A stretch of DNA of 63,998 nt, filler included, from an uncultured bacterium (GTDB lineage Bacteria; Latescibacterota; UBA2968): the NCBI GenBank assembly GCA_964471275.1. It is 4 parts of 4 records of this genome, joined end to end, with 100 filler letters (N's around TTAATTAATTAA, not from the genome) between each part and the next. Parts side by side here need not be neighbours in the genome. Positions count along the whole stretch, not along the records: positions 16,209 to 32,235 come from CAYYGZ010000095.1; positions 32,336 to 48,303 come from CAYYGZ010000096.1; 2 more parts are not named here. One strand, written 5' to 3'. Positions 30,935 to 41,063 of the stretch are shown here, one piece after another. Below the pieces are notes generated by a model. The model searched no databases. It was not told where the DNA came from and saw only the letters and a list, made by a program, of their open reading frames with translations. A program made the position numbers and the translations under genes. Positions within the stretch are counted from its first letter, which is position 1. The number at the start of each line of letters is the position of its first letter.

Positions 30935-31723
30935 TTGACAGATAACGAGGAGTCTACGTTGCGCTTTCCCCGTTTGAGCCTACTTGCTCTTGCCATCCTT
31001 GTGATACCGGTTCTGTCGTGCGAACTACTAGATCGGTACGAGACCACCTATGTCGTGCCGACCGTTTTGAATGTCCGGAAGGGCCCATCGACAAAACAGC
31101 CCGTGGTCACCCGGGTGCGTCGAGGCCAGGAACTGAGGATCGTTTCACGTCAGGATCCGTGGGTGAACGTACTGCTTGCGGATGACACGCCCGGCTGGGT
31201 GCACGGGAACTATGTCGGCTCAGCTGAAGCTGTTCGGGCGAGCCTGCAGGGAGACCTGAAGCAGAAACTGAATGGCACCGTCAGGACACGCAAACCGAAA
31301 CCTGTCACACGGAGCCGTGAACTGACGATCGATGGCCTGCTTGCCGATCTTCCGGCAGATATCCCGACGGAGATCCTGCCCCCTCTGGAGGGAGTGAGTC
31401 GCGTGATGGGGGCGACACGTGAAGGTCAGGTCGTCGTGGAGTTCTGGGGCGAAGAAAACAGACTCCAGCGCGCAATGATGATGGTGACGGTATTGAATGT
31501 CGAGGATCCCGATCTGGACGTGAACGCACTCTATGCGCTGGGTTTCGTGAAGAATGCGCTACCGGGTCTGAACCGAGATTTGGACTGGATGCTACAGCGA
31601 CTGAGGACGATCTCGAGCCGAGATTCAGGCAGTGGAGAACTCCAGGCGAAGGGCAGGATCGTTTCCTTTGAATTCCTGAAGGCATTGGGCGCCGTACGCG
31701 TTACGGTCGTTCCGAACGCCTAA
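30935..31723 (+). CDS. SH3b-domain putative lipoprotein
   Basis: Hydrophobic signal ending VLSC; LNVRKGPST..GWVHGNYV. Confidence 0.8.
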   Translation: MTDNEESTLRFPRLSLLALAILVIPVLSCELLDRYETTYVVPTVLNVRKGPSTKQPVVTRVRRGQELRIVSRQDPWVNVLLADDTPGWVHGNYVGSAEAVRASLQGDLKQKLNGTVRTRKPKPVTRSRELTIDGLLADLPADIPTEILPPLEGVSRVMGATREGQVVVEFWGEENRLQRAMMMVTVLNVEDPDLDVNALYALGFVKNALPGLNRDLDWMLQRLRTISSRDSGSGELQAKGRIVSFEFLKALGAVRVTVVPNA

Positions 31724-31741
31724 GGCCCACAAACGTACAGT

Positions 31742-31778
31742 AAAAGGGCGGTGACTCGTGAGAGAGTCACCGCTCTTT
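31742..31778. terminator. Bidirectional intrinsic terminator
   Basis: AAAAGGGCGGTGACTC-gtgaga-GAGTCACCGCTCTTT between convergent genes. Confidence 0.8.
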
Positions 31779-31800
31779 CCTGTTCGCGTGATCAGCGATC

Positions 31801-32235
31801 CTATTCGTCAACGACCTCGAAATCAGCGTCGACGGCGCCATCCTTCTTCTTGTTTTCGGGATCCTGGTCTGGCTGACCTCCCGGCTCTGCACCTGGTGCG
31901 CCAGGTTCCCCGCCGGCCTGCTGCTCGGCAGCGGCGGCTTGCTCGTACAACTCGCTGGCGATCTGATGCAGGCTCTGCGTCAATGCTTCTGTCGCGGCCT
32001 TGATCTCGTCTGTATTCTCGCCCTGCAGTGTTTCCTTAACCCGATCGATCGCCGCCTGAACCTTGCTTGTGGCGTCCTCGCTGATCTTCTCCTTCGACTC
32101 TTCCAGCTGCTTCTCTGCTGCGTAGACCTGCTGGTCCGCCTGGTTGTGAACCTCGATCTTCTCGCGCTTGGCCTTATCTTCGGCTGCGTTGGTCTGGGCG
32201 TCATCCACCATACGGTCGATTTCAGTGTCCGACAG
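31801..32235 (-). CDS. dnaK: Chaperone DnaK, C-terminal part
   Basis: LSDTEIDRMVDDAQTNAAEDKAKRE..NQADQ..EKQL; ends VDADFEVVDE. Confidence 0.92.
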   Translation of the reverse strand: MSDTEIDRMVDDAQTNAAEDKAKREKIEVHNQADQQVYAAEKQLEESKEKISEDATSKVQAAIDRVKETLQGENTDEIKAATEALTQSLHQIASELYEQAAAAEQQAGGEPGAPGAEPGGQPDQDPENKKKDGAVDADFEVVDE

Positions 32236-32335
32236 NNNNNNNNNNNNNNNNNNNNNNNNNNNNNNNNNNNNNNNNNNNNTTAATTAATTAANNNNNNNNN
32301 NNNNNNNNNNNNNNNNNNNNNNNNNNNNNNNNNNN
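32236..32335. other. Artificial contig linker
   Basis: N run with TTAATTAATTAA. Confidence 0.97.
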
Positions 32336-32520
32336 ACAGCATTCTGTTTTCAGCGAGAGCGTTTTTGAAGTGTTCACTGGTGTATTGTGACCCTCGATCG
32401 GAGTGGAATATGAGCGGTTTCATTGGCTTACGTACAACGTATGCTTTCTTTAGCGCTTCGCTGACTAGACGGGCTGTTATAGACGATCTGAGCGCCCATC
32501 TGATGATCTTTCGGGAGAAA
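32336..32520 (-). mobile_element. IS3-family transposase (integrase core) fragment
   Basis: FSRKIIRWAL...LIFHSDRGSQYTS; lower GC; at contig edge. Confidence 0.8.
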
Positions 32521-32529
32521 AGAGCCATC

Positions 32530-32658
32530 CCGAAAGGGTGTGTGTCGCACGCGTTTTGCTTGCCCGCCAGCCGTGATGGCTGCCTCATACCCGCTTGGAC
32601 CGCCTCCGATGACGACAACGTGTTGGTCAGGCGTTCTGGTGTCCGTTCTCAAAGACAT
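32530..32658 (-). pseudogene. N-terminal stub of an FAD-dependent oxidoreductase
   Basis: HVVVIGGGPSGYEAAITA, then joins IS3 sequence. Confidence 0.6.
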
Positions 32659-32680
32659 GGCCTCTGTCCGAAGTGTTGGG

Positions 32681-33535
32681 CTAACGAGGCGTGAAAGTGT
32701 GAACCTGGAAACTAGCGGTGATCTTCAGGGAACTCAATGAGACGATGTCCACCAATGACTCTTTTCGACTCTTCCATCGGAGCGGCGTCATCGCGATGAG
32801 CTGTCCGATCGTTTCCTTGCCTGCGCTGAATTCCTTGGAGACGGCGTGAACGTTCGATGAACGAAATTGGGGTGCGAGACTCTGGATTAGCACTCCCGGC
32901 TTTGCGCTTTGACCAGCATCCCGTTCCATCAACAAAGATGTCAGCTGCTGCAAGTGACCAGAGCCCGGAACAACCGCTACCAGCAGACCGTCACTTCTCA
33001 GGACACGGCTGAACTCGGATGCGTTTCGCGGCGCCACGACGCTCAGAAGTACATTACAGCTGTCATCTGCCATAGGGATTTGCCGAGCGACGTTGGCAAC
33101 AATCCACGTGTTTGACTTGGATGTCTTTGAAGCAAGACGGATGGCGGATCGGGAAATGTCCACACCATATCCATGTCTGACAGAGAGGTTTCGCAGAAAG
33201 TAGCCTTCCCCGCAACCGGCGTCGAGCATTGTAGGGTGATCGCTCCGGGGAAGCATCTCCTGTATCGCATCAGCGAGGAATGCATAGTTACCCGCCTCCA
33301 GGAAGGCGTGTCTCGATTGAATACTCTCCCTGTCGTCACCTGGATCGTTTGAACCTTTCTGGTTGGCGAGAAGGAGGTTCAGATAGCCTTCACGTGCACG
33401 GTCGAAGGCATGGCCTTTCGCGCAGACTGCTCGTTGGTTGTCAGTGGACAGCTCGCCCGAGCAGACGGGGCAGATCAGCTCGCGATCTGTTGCCGTGTGA
33501 TTACTGTCACTTGATCCTGATTCCTGATTTGGCAT
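32681..33535 (-). CDS. rlmA: RlmA-like rRNA (guanine-N1) methyltransferase
   Basis: CPVC..C..GHAFDRAREGYLNLL zinc finger, PGDD, LDAGCGEGYF, MTP. Confidence 0.85.
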   Translation of the reverse strand: MPNQESGSSDSNHTATDRELICPVCSGELSTDNQRAVCAKGHAFDRAREGYLNLLLANQKGSNDPGDDRESIQSRHAFLEAGNYAFLADAIQEMLPRSDHPTMLDAGCGEGYFLRNLSVRHGYGVDISRSAIRLASKTSKSNTWIVANVARQIPMADDSCNVLLSVVAPRNASEFSRVLRSDGLLVAVVPGSGHLQQLTSLLMERDAGQSAKPGVLIQSLAPQFRSSNVHAVSKEFSAGKETIGQLIAMTPLRWKSRKESLVDIVSLSSLKITASFQVHTFTPR

Positions 33536-33727
33536 ACTTTAAAGTAATGTCAGGCTGTCCCGATAGGAAGAGCGTGCGATTGCAGAGTCTACTCGAACAC
33601 GAGAAAAGGAGGTGGCCAGAGACCTGAACGTTACACAACTGCGAGACGAATGGGCCGGCGAATCCTTCATCCTTTTGACGAACATTAGGGTCGTCGATAG
33701 AACTACGCGAAACTGAAGGAGTGTCCT

Positions 33728-34138
33728 ATGGCCGTATTTTCCGGTGTAACTGAGCTCTAGGAGATGGATCTTCTTGTGGGCTTTGTTGATTTGACTCAGT
33801 TCCGCCCATTTTTGCAGGGCACCCCCGATCGAGCAGTGGTCTCGTTGCACGATCTGAAACGTGACGGGGATGTTTGGATTTCTGACCAGGGCATCAATTC
33901 CCGGCAGACCGTGAAGATGCATTTTGGGAGCGTGGTTGCGGCGAGGGTCGGAACTCGGCAGGAGAAACGGGCCGATGTGTTCGGTGATGTAGTGGCTACC
34001 GCGGTGGTTATGCGGTCGCGGGGATTTGCGCTTACGGCTCAGGCGTTCCGGAAGCTGAGCCCGAAGACGCGCTGGCTTTTTAAGAAGCATATGCCCTCGA
34101 TTTCGTATATGTCCTTCGAGGAGAGACACAGAGAGTAG
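33728..34138 (+). pseudogene. Class III nucleotidyl cyclase-like pseudogene
   Basis: AAGGAG RBS, MAVFSGVTEL*EMDLLVGFVDLTQF..HFGSVV..DVFGDVV; in-frame TAG and missing K..GD segment. Confidence 0.55.
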
Positions 34139-34180
34139 ACGCCTATCACGATCGGTGGCCGGGAAGCATAAGAAACGAAC

Positions 34181-34212
34181 GAGGCGAGGGTCTGCAGGCA
34201 GACTCTCGCCTC
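34181..34212. terminator. Hairpin terminator between convergent genes
   Basis: GAGGCGAGGGTCTGC-ag-GCAGACTCTCGCCTC. Confidence 0.6.
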
Positions 34213-34227
34213 CACTATTTGCAGAGG

Positions 34228-35181
34228 CTACTCGTAGATTTCCGTGATACCCAGGCCCTTCTCTCCGGCAATGGAGTAGACGAGATACTTGTGACCGCCT
34301 TCTCTGAATAGAAAGGGATCGCGGACCTGGTGGACAGGCTCGTGGCTCCCCCCCCCCGATGATGGCTTGTCCGGCTCATTGACGCCTTCGTAGTCCGTCT
34401 CTGTCTTGAGTACCTCGACAGAAGTTGTGCCGTGCCACGCCGTCCAATCCTCCGTCAGGTTGACCGTCGTCCGCTTGATTCGCTCGGGGTGATCACCCAC
34501 ATTGCTGAAGTATATGTGCAGGTTATCCCCGTCCAGATCAACGGCAACGTGGCGCATTCGGTAGGTCAGTGTGTCGGGATCGGCCTTTGACTCCTGGATC
34601 ATACTCGGGGGTGTGTAGCCTTCATTATCTATCTCGAGAACCTTTCCCGGCGCGAAGGATTTTCTGAAGTCATCTGTCCGCCAAACATTCCTGCCGCCTC
34701 CACCGCCGAAGCCATACCAGACTTCCTGCCATTTCCAGACTCGCATGTATGACGGCCCGAGACAGACACGTTCACAGGTGAACGACAGTCCGTCACCGGA
34801 CCCGGCATAGCAGGTGTTCTGGTTGAGGTTTGCGTGCTTGATACCTGTAAATCCTGCCCCGTGGTAGAACATGCGGATCGTTTTCGCATCGTCGTCAACA
34901 TGGACGTCAGGGGATGCAATATGTCGCTCAAAGTCCGTGTTCTCTATTTGAAGGACACCGGGCGTGTGGACGGTATAGGGGCCCAGAAGGCTGTCGGCGT
35001 AAGCCATGCGGATGAACTTGCCCTGGTGATGCGCGAAGTAGAGATAGTAATTGCCGAGGGGGTCGGTGACCCAGTCGGGGACGCGGATCAAAGAGGGACC
35101 ATTGATGTTCCCGAGGATGGACTCGTCGGAATTCGGGGTGATGATGGGATTGTGTGGACTGCGGGATGCTGTTATTGGCAC
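34228..35181 (-). CDS. Five-bladed beta-propeller glycoside hydrolase-like protein
   Basis: NINGPSLIRVPDW, YYLYFAHHQG, HIASPDVH, VRDP, YSIAGE. Confidence 0.75.
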   Translation of the reverse strand: MPITASRSPHNPIITPNSDESILGNINGPSLIRVPDWVTDPLGNYYLYFAHHQGKFIRMAYADSLLGPYTVHTPGVLQIENTDFERHIASPDVHVDDDAKTIRMFYHGAGFTGIKHANLNQNTCYAGSGDGLSFTCERVCLGPSYMRVWKWQEVWYGFGGGGGRNVWRTDDFRKSFAPGKVLEIDNEGYTPPSMIQESKADPDTLTYRMRHVAVDLDGDNLHIYFSNVGDHPERIKRTTVNLTEDWTAWHGTTSVEVLKTETDYEGVNEPDKPSSGGGSHEPVHQVRDPFLFREGGHKYLVYSIAGEKGLGITEIYE

Positions 35182-35190
35182 AACCGTTCT

Positions 35191-35352
35191 CCCTGAGTGA
35201 CGTCGTATAGTCTCGGATGGGATGTGTGATCAGGTGATGAATAGGCACGTCTTATCGAAGGACGAACGGACTCTTGGCCCCTCGATAAGGCACGGTTAGT
35301 GAGAAGATAGTCGGGAACCGATACAGATTCAACTGTGTGTGCCTACTCAGGG
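35191..35352. repeat. ~160-bp palindromic MITE-like element, copy A
   Basis: CCCTGAGT...ACTCAGGG ends; central GTCTTATCGAAGG / CCCTCGATAAGGC arms. Confidence 0.65.
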
Positions 35353-35381
35353 GGATTGATCAGCCCTGCTCCGCATATGTT

Positions 35382-36293
35382 CTAGGGGATTATCAGTGTC
35401 TTCAGTGAGCTCTGATGCTCGACCGCGTTCTCCTGTGCGAATACGGAAGCAATGTCGGACAGTCGATGTGAGACCGAGTTCTCGAAGATGATGTCGAGGT
35501 TGAAGACACCCCGCTGCACGGCTCGGTAGGCCTCACGCATGTTCTCGATGGAACGAAGATGCGTGTAGTGGACCGCGTTCAGGTTTCGGATCTCAAGACC
35601 ACCTTCGTGGAATCGATGGAAGCAGAAGTTGTCGACCGGCGCGTAATTGTCGCCATAAAGGGCCATGATGCCGTTGTGTTTGACCATGTCGAGACATTGC
35701 TTGAGACCTTCGCCTCTTCCTCCAACGACTTCGACCGAGACATCGACACCCTCCCCGTTCGTGATTTCCTCTACTTCCGCACGCACATCCGTGTCGGTCA
35801 GGTTTAGCGCGTATTCCGCGCCGAGCTGACGGGCGACATCCAACTTGCCTGGATCTGCGTCGATTGCGATGACTTTCGATGCGCCTGCTCTGATCGCGCC
35901 CTGCAGGATGATGTTGCCTGCGAACCCGACACCGTTGACGGCCACCCAGTCACCGGGAGCAATGCCCGTGTGAAGCGGCGCCCAAGCGGCACAGCCCAGC
36001 GGTTCGTAGAGGCAGCCGACCTCGAAGGAGACACCGTCTGGTATCGGCTGAACGTGTGAAGGATCCGTGACCTAATAGTCGGTGTAGGTTGGATAGATTA
36101 GACTGCCGACGCGCTCACCCCTTGCGTCATCTTCTGGCCGGACGGTCACACCCTTGTAGAAGTAGCGCTCGGAGCCGCAGATGGACGCCTGGTAGGTTTT
36201 GACGAGCATCTGGTTTGGCAGAAGCTCGGGCAGGACTTCGGTTCGAATGTCGATCTTGCCGGGTTCGAGGAATAGGGTTCTGGTTTCGGTCAT
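35382..36293 (-). pseudogene. Zn-binding dehydrogenase pseudogene
   Basis: ICGSE..RPEDDARG/ERVG lacks the GHE block; in-frame TAG at 36072-36074; continues YEPLGC..GVGFAG. Confidence 0.7.
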
Positions 36294-36382
36294 TGCTGCT
36301 CCCAAAAGGAAGAGATCAGGGAACCACGGAGAACGCACGGGTCGTGTGGGGAGACTGAGGCGTGTCCGTCAGGTTGCCGGGC

Positions 36383-37552
36383 CTATGCAGGGATGACCTG
36401 GGTGTCGGTGACGAAGCTTGAGAAGTCGGTAATGCCTGTTCCGGGGCCCTTTGGGACACTCATCTGGCCGTTCTCGATCTTGAGCGGGGGATCAAAGAGG
36501 CCGGCGACTTTCTCGATGCCGCGTTTGTATTCCTGGTAGCGGCCAATATCGGGTGTGAACGAGGCAAAGATGAGCATGTAGACGAAGCCCATACCGCCGG
36601 AGATGTGAACGGTCGTTGGCATGTCGGCAAGTGCCGCCATCCGGGATACGCGTGCCGAGCGGATGAGCCCTCCGTAGTAGTGCAGGTCGGGCTGGACGAT
36701 GTTGACTGCGCCGTGTTGGATCATCCAGCGGAAGCGTCGGTCGCTCGCTTCCTGTTCGCCGCCGGATACCGGGAGGGTGAGGGTGTCCGTGACGACTTTG
36801 GTGTCCTCGAGATGATCGAAGGGACAGGGCTCCTCGAAGTAGACGGCGTTGATGTCTTCGAGCATGCGGCCGACTTCGATCGCCTGCGGTGGGTCATACG
36901 AGCTGTTGCTGTCAGCGTGGATATCCATCTCGTCGCCGAAACTCTTCCGTGACAGTTCGATCAGCCTGGGTGTGCGTTCGGGCATTGCGTCCGCATTGCG
37001 GCTCATCCGGCCGCCCACTCGGAACTTGATCGCGGGCGCGTGTGTTTCGTCGACCAGGCCGTGGAGATGATCGATCTCCTCTTCCGGCGTGGAATCCCGT
37101 CGACTGCTTGCGACGTAAAAGGGACAGGCATCCCGAACGGCGCCACCGAGGAGGTCGGCGATTGAACGGCCGGAGACGCGGCCCAGAAGGTCGAGGATGG
37201 CCATCTCCACCCAGGCGACGGGGTTCCATAGCGCCTGGCCCAAGAGCTTGTAATTGCTGCCGTGACGGTAGACCTCCCAAAGATGGTCTTCGAGATCACG
37301 CGCATCCTTGCCAATGAAGTAAGGGGCAACGAGCTGGTTGAGGATCGGGTGGAGGTGTTTGGCCTTTGCGTTGCAGAATGAGAGGCCCTCAGCGCCGTCA
37401 GTCGAACGGGTTAGGACATACCAGGTGTTGTCTCCCCGCAGCAGCTGGATAGACTTGATGATGACTGGCTGCCCGATCAGCGACGCTTTGAGGACGGGTT
37501 GATTGTGGGCGGCTCCCAGGGCCTCGGCAGTTACGAGATGTGTTGTCTTCAC
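36383..37552 (-). CDS. Mandelate racemase / muconate lactonizing enzyme family
   Basis: EMAILDLLGR, KFR, DSNSSY, FEEP, GGEQ, QPD, PKGPG. Confidence 0.9.
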   Translation of the reverse strand: MKTTHLVTAEALGAAHNQPVLKASLIGQPVIIKSIQLLRGDNTWYVLTRSTDGAEGLSFCNAKAKHLHPILNQLVAPYFIGKDARDLEDHLWEVYRHGSNYKLLGQALWNPVAWVEMAILDLLGRVSGRSIADLLGGAVRDACPFYVASSRRDSTPEEEIDHLHGLVDETHAPAIKFRVGGRMSRNADAMPERTPRLIELSRKSFGDEMDIHADSNSSYDPPQAIEVGRMLEDINAVYFEEPCPFDHLEDTKVVTDTLTLPVSGGEQEASDRRFRWMIQHGAVNIVQPDLHYYGGLIRSARVSRMAALADMPTTVHISGGMGFVYMLIFASFTPDIGRYQEYKRGIEKVAGLFDPPLKIENGQMSVPKGPGTGITDFSSFVTDTQVIPA

Positions 37553-37635
37553 GTATATGAATCCTAGTGACTGGTGATTTTGCCTACCGCGTATACCCCT
37601 CTCTACTGGGCGGCGAGACTCGCATCCGGCCTCCG

Positions 37636-39912
37636 TCAGTCGACTCGCATCATCGATCGGAGCCAACCACCCGGCGAACAGTCCCAGCGCTCGCTGGGCT
37701 TGACGAGACTACCGCCAAAACGGAGGTCGTGGTAGATCGTTTCCGGCATGCCCTTCTCGGTCGCTTCCCCCTTCTTTGCTCCGCCACCCACACGCAACTC
37801 CGTTTCGGTGTGCCGATCGAAAATCTCCCTCTTCAGCGACAGGGCGCGGTGAATGATGTCGTAGCGCGTGTCATCTGACTCGATCAGACCGGCGAAGCAG
37901 AACCTGGTGTTCCACTCGTCAGCTGTCTGGTAATTTGGCGGGCACGTAACCTCGATCTCATTGCCTTTCGCAGTGACGAAGGCCCGGCCCGGAATCTCAG
38001 GAGAACGCCAGACGGTGACAAGCTGATCCTCGAGATCGAGGTAGTGCTTCGGGCTCTGGTCTTGGAGGTTTACACTGAACCCAAGGGCTTCTGCGAAGAA
38101 AGGTGTGTAGTAGGGGAAGACCTTCTTCCAGTCAGCGGCGTACTTCTCGACAAACGGGAAGGTGTGTGCCGAGCGTGTGAGTTTGCTGAGGGGAAGTTTG
38201 GATGCGTTGATGTCGATGTCCGTAGTCGCACAGATGGCAAGCTGGCTGCTGTCTACCTGGTCGGTGTCAGCTTTCCACATCGTGCTGAATAGATCTGCGA
38301 TCTTGTAGGCGTAGTTTCCGTTGGTCTGATCGAACCGGATCCGTGCGAAAATCTCCGGAATCGAAAACCCGGCTTCGATGAACGGCAGCAGGTCGATACA
38401 GGTGGGGAGGGCAAACGGGAAGACTGCGGCGATCACGGCATCGGACTCGAAAGCTTCCCGTGGTGTTGAGACTCCGGCAGCACCCGGGGCCAACCACTGG
38501 TGATGGTAGCCTGGTCGGCCATCGGGAAGGCGCTCCGACGCAACCAGGGAAAGATTGTGGCTGTCTCTCAAGGTTACATAGACGTCTGGGGGTAGGAGAG
38601 CAGAATCCAATGTGCTGTCTCGAACGGCCTCGGCTGCAGTTTCAGGGCCGTCGACATAGACGACCTGTACTTTCCGACCTGCAGTCTTACCAAGAGTTGA
38701 GGCAAGTATCCTGAAATTCGCGTCGTCCAGGGGGCCGGCATCAAAGGGAATGACCCCAATTGTGAATGAATCAGTATTCAGGGCCTGTGCCTTGGTGGGG
38801 GACGGGAAGGTAAGTCCGTCTGCTAGGAAGACCTGATACTCATCAATCAGTGATTGTGTGTCTTCCAGAACGGTACTTGCCGTTCGGAAGAGACGTGAGA
38901 CAAAGGGCATCGGCATTCCTCGGTGCACTGTGAAATGGCGGTATGCCAGTATGTCCTCGAGGCTCATGCCACCCCAGCCTCGCGCCCGGTGTCGTGTGGG
39001 CATGGGGTGAGCGGGACTGTACATCGCAGTTGCCCCAAAATCAAACTGCGACCGTGCGGCATGTTCCATAGCGGCGGCGAGCCGATAGTCAAACCGGTCG
39101 TAGATATTCTCCCCCTGGTTGCCGGCGATTCTGGCCATGGTCGAGAAGAAGTGTATTCCCCCCGTGACGTGACCCATGTCGCGACCATCCTCCTGGCACT
39201 CACCGTTCGGAAGGAAATAGTGCCCGATACTGCCGTATCCCTTGCTGTAGAGGTAGTAGTTCAGGGAGCGGTTGAAGAGAAATTCATCGTCGAGATGGAT
39301 GGCAAGCGCGAGGAGCGCATTGTTGGTCGCACAGTCATGGTTTCCGTTGATCGAGATTCGAAGATTGAGTACGTGCGGAAGCAGCACGACTTCACAGAAT
39401 CTCCGGAACCTAGCCTGACCTTCTTCGCTCCACCGATCCGAGCAGTGCTTCAAGACTTCGGCCGCATCGATGAGATTGGGAATCATGAGCCCGCATTGGA
39501 GATTGAATCCTGCGCCCCTGACAGCCTTGAGTGTTCTGCTCCACGCGTCGATGATCTCCACGGCCCTGTCTGCGTATTCGACTCTATCTGTCAGGAGATA
39601 GAGCCAGCACAGCCGGCTTGCACGTTTGAAATCCTCGTTGCTTTCGTCAACACCGATGTGGTTGGGTGTTCTTCGAAATATCCTCTGGACGGGATCCGGC
39701 GCCTGGGAGCGTGTCTCCACGGCCCAGGCTTCCAATCGTTCGAGGCCGCGTGTCCAGGGCTCTTCGCCAGCGGTCAGCCGTTTCCGAACAGCATCGGCAC
39801 TCGCCTGTGTGGAGAAGATGCCTGGATGTGTGAAGTGTCGCTGTGCTTCGGTGTACTCCTCCTTGTAGCAGAGGCCGTCCGCAAGCGGGTATGCGTAGAT
39901 CTTCTGTGGCAT
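37636..39912 (-). CDS. Alginate-lyase-family (alpha/alpha) domain fused to a PhnD-like substrate-binding domain
   Basis: FTHPGI, GEEPW, NGNHD, GECQEDGRDMGH, NQGENIY; C-half FTIGVIPF..AVRDSTLDSALLPP..WRSPEIP. Confidence 0.7.
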   Translation of the reverse strand: MPQKIYAYPLADGLCYKEEYTEAQRHFTHPGIFSTQASADAVRKRLTAGEEPWTRGLERLEAWAVETRSQAPDPVQRIFRRTPNHIGVDESNEDFKRASRLCWLYLLTDRVEYADRAVEIIDAWSRTLKAVRGAGFNLQCGLMIPNLIDAAEVLKHCSDRWSEEGQARFRRFCEVVLLPHVLNLRISINGNHDCATNNALLALAIHLDDEFLFNRSLNYYLYSKGYGSIGHYFLPNGECQEDGRDMGHVTGGIHFFSTMARIAGNQGENIYDRFDYRLAAAMEHAARSQFDFGATAMYSPAHPMPTRHRARGWGGMSLEDILAYRHFTVHRGMPMPFVSRLFRTASTVLEDTQSLIDEYQVFLADGLTFPSPTKAQALNTDSFTIGVIPFDAGPLDDANFRILASTLGKTAGRKVQVVYVDGPETAAEAVRDSTLDSALLPPDVYVTLRDSHNLSLVASERLPDGRPGYHHQWLAPGAAGVSTPREAFESDAVIAAVFPFALPTCIDLLPFIEAGFSIPEIFARIRFDQTNGNYAYKIADLFSTMWKADTDQVDSSQLAICATTDIDINASKLPLSKLTRSAHTFPFVEKYAADWKKVFPYYTPFFAEALGFSVNLQDQSPKHYLDLEDQLVTVWRSPEIPGRAFVTAKGNEIEVTCPPNYQTADEWNTRFCFAGLIESDDTRYDIIHRALSLKREIFDRHTETELRVGGGAKKGEATEKGMPETIYHDLRFGGSLVKPSERWDCSPGGWLRSMMRVD

Positions 39913-40079
39913 CGTCGAATCAGACCTTTCTGTTTGATGTTCCCGAAACTGAACCCCGAAGATATAGCTTGTGGTGGGTATGGCAACTCACGGTAATCTG
40001 TTGACGATACATCGTGCCAGTCACATACTTCGAGATCACGAGAGGGCCGGATCTGTATAACCGAAATGTGAAGGATGAG

Positions 40080-41063
40080 ATGGGAATCAGGTGGGGTGAG
40101 ATAGAGAGCCCGATCGTTCTCCAGGGCAGCGAGACGGTCGCTTTTCGAGACCCGTGCGGGCACTATCACGAAGGTCTGTTCCGTGTGTGGCATACGGAGA
40201 TACACGGCGAAGCCGGCGGGGACTGGTATGCCGTGACGGGTGTGACAGAGAGTCGCGACCTGATCACATGGACCGCGCCGCGCGCTCTGACGCCAAGGAA
40301 CAAACGCCTGAACTATTCAAGCCCGGGGAATGTGATCCGATACGGTGACCGATGGGTCATGTGTCTGCAGACGTATCCGACACCGGACGGCGGGAAGTTC
40401 GGTGACCATACGTCGCGTGTGTTCACGATGGCAAGTGATGATCTCGAGATCTGGGATGAACCACGGTTGATCCGTGTGAAGGGTCCGGATGTCGCTCGCG
40501 AGGACATGGGGAGAATGATAGACCCATATCTCGTTGAGGATATCCACGAGCTCGGAAAGTGGTGGTGCTTCTACAAGCAAAACGGTGCGAGTATGTCCTG
40601 GTCGATGGATCTGGAGACGTGGACCTATTCCGGGAACGTTGAGGCTGGTGAGAATGTCTGTCTGCTCGTTGAAGAGGGTGAGTATATCCTGTTTCACTCA
40701 CCAAGGAACGGAGTCGGTATCAAACGATCACGTGATCTTCAGAACTGGACAGATCACGGGTTGATGACGCTGGGACAGAAGGAATGGCCCTGGGCGCAGG
40801 GAAGGCTGACGGCAGGTCACGTTCTGGATTTGCGGGATGAACCGGATGTGGGCAAGTATGTGATGTTCTTCCACGGCAGCTCCTCTGAGGGATGCGCCGT
40901 GCAGGAGACGCACGGGCACGCGAGTCTGGCCGTAGCGTGGAGTGAGGATCTGGTGACGTGGGAGTGGGGAGATAAATCGAAGCAGGTGTTGAGGAGAATC
41001 GACAAATTCAGGGCAGCTGACCGGCTTGGGAAGCGTGGGAAACGTGAAGCACACGGCGATTGA
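40080..41063 (+). CDS. Beta-propeller glycoside hydrolase-like protein (GH32/43/130-like)
   Basis: AFRDP, SRDLITW, YSSPG, RMIDPY, GEN, repeated S.DL..W Asp-box-like units. Confidence 0.75.
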   Translation: MGIRWGEIESPIVLQGSETVAFRDPCGHYHEGLFRVWHTEIHGEAGGDWYAVTGVTESRDLITWTAPRALTPRNKRLNYSSPGNVIRYGDRWVMCLQTYPTPDGGKFGDHTSRVFTMASDDLEIWDEPRLIRVKGPDVAREDMGRMIDPYLVEDIHELGKWWCFYKQNGASMSWSMDLETWTYSGNVEAGENVCLLVEEGEYILFHSPRNGVGIKRSRDLQNWTDHGLMTLGQKEWPWAQGRLTAGHVLDLRDEPDVGKYVMFFHGSSSEGCAVQETHGHASLAVAWSEDLVTWEWGDKSKQVLRRIDKFRAADRLGKRGKREAHGD

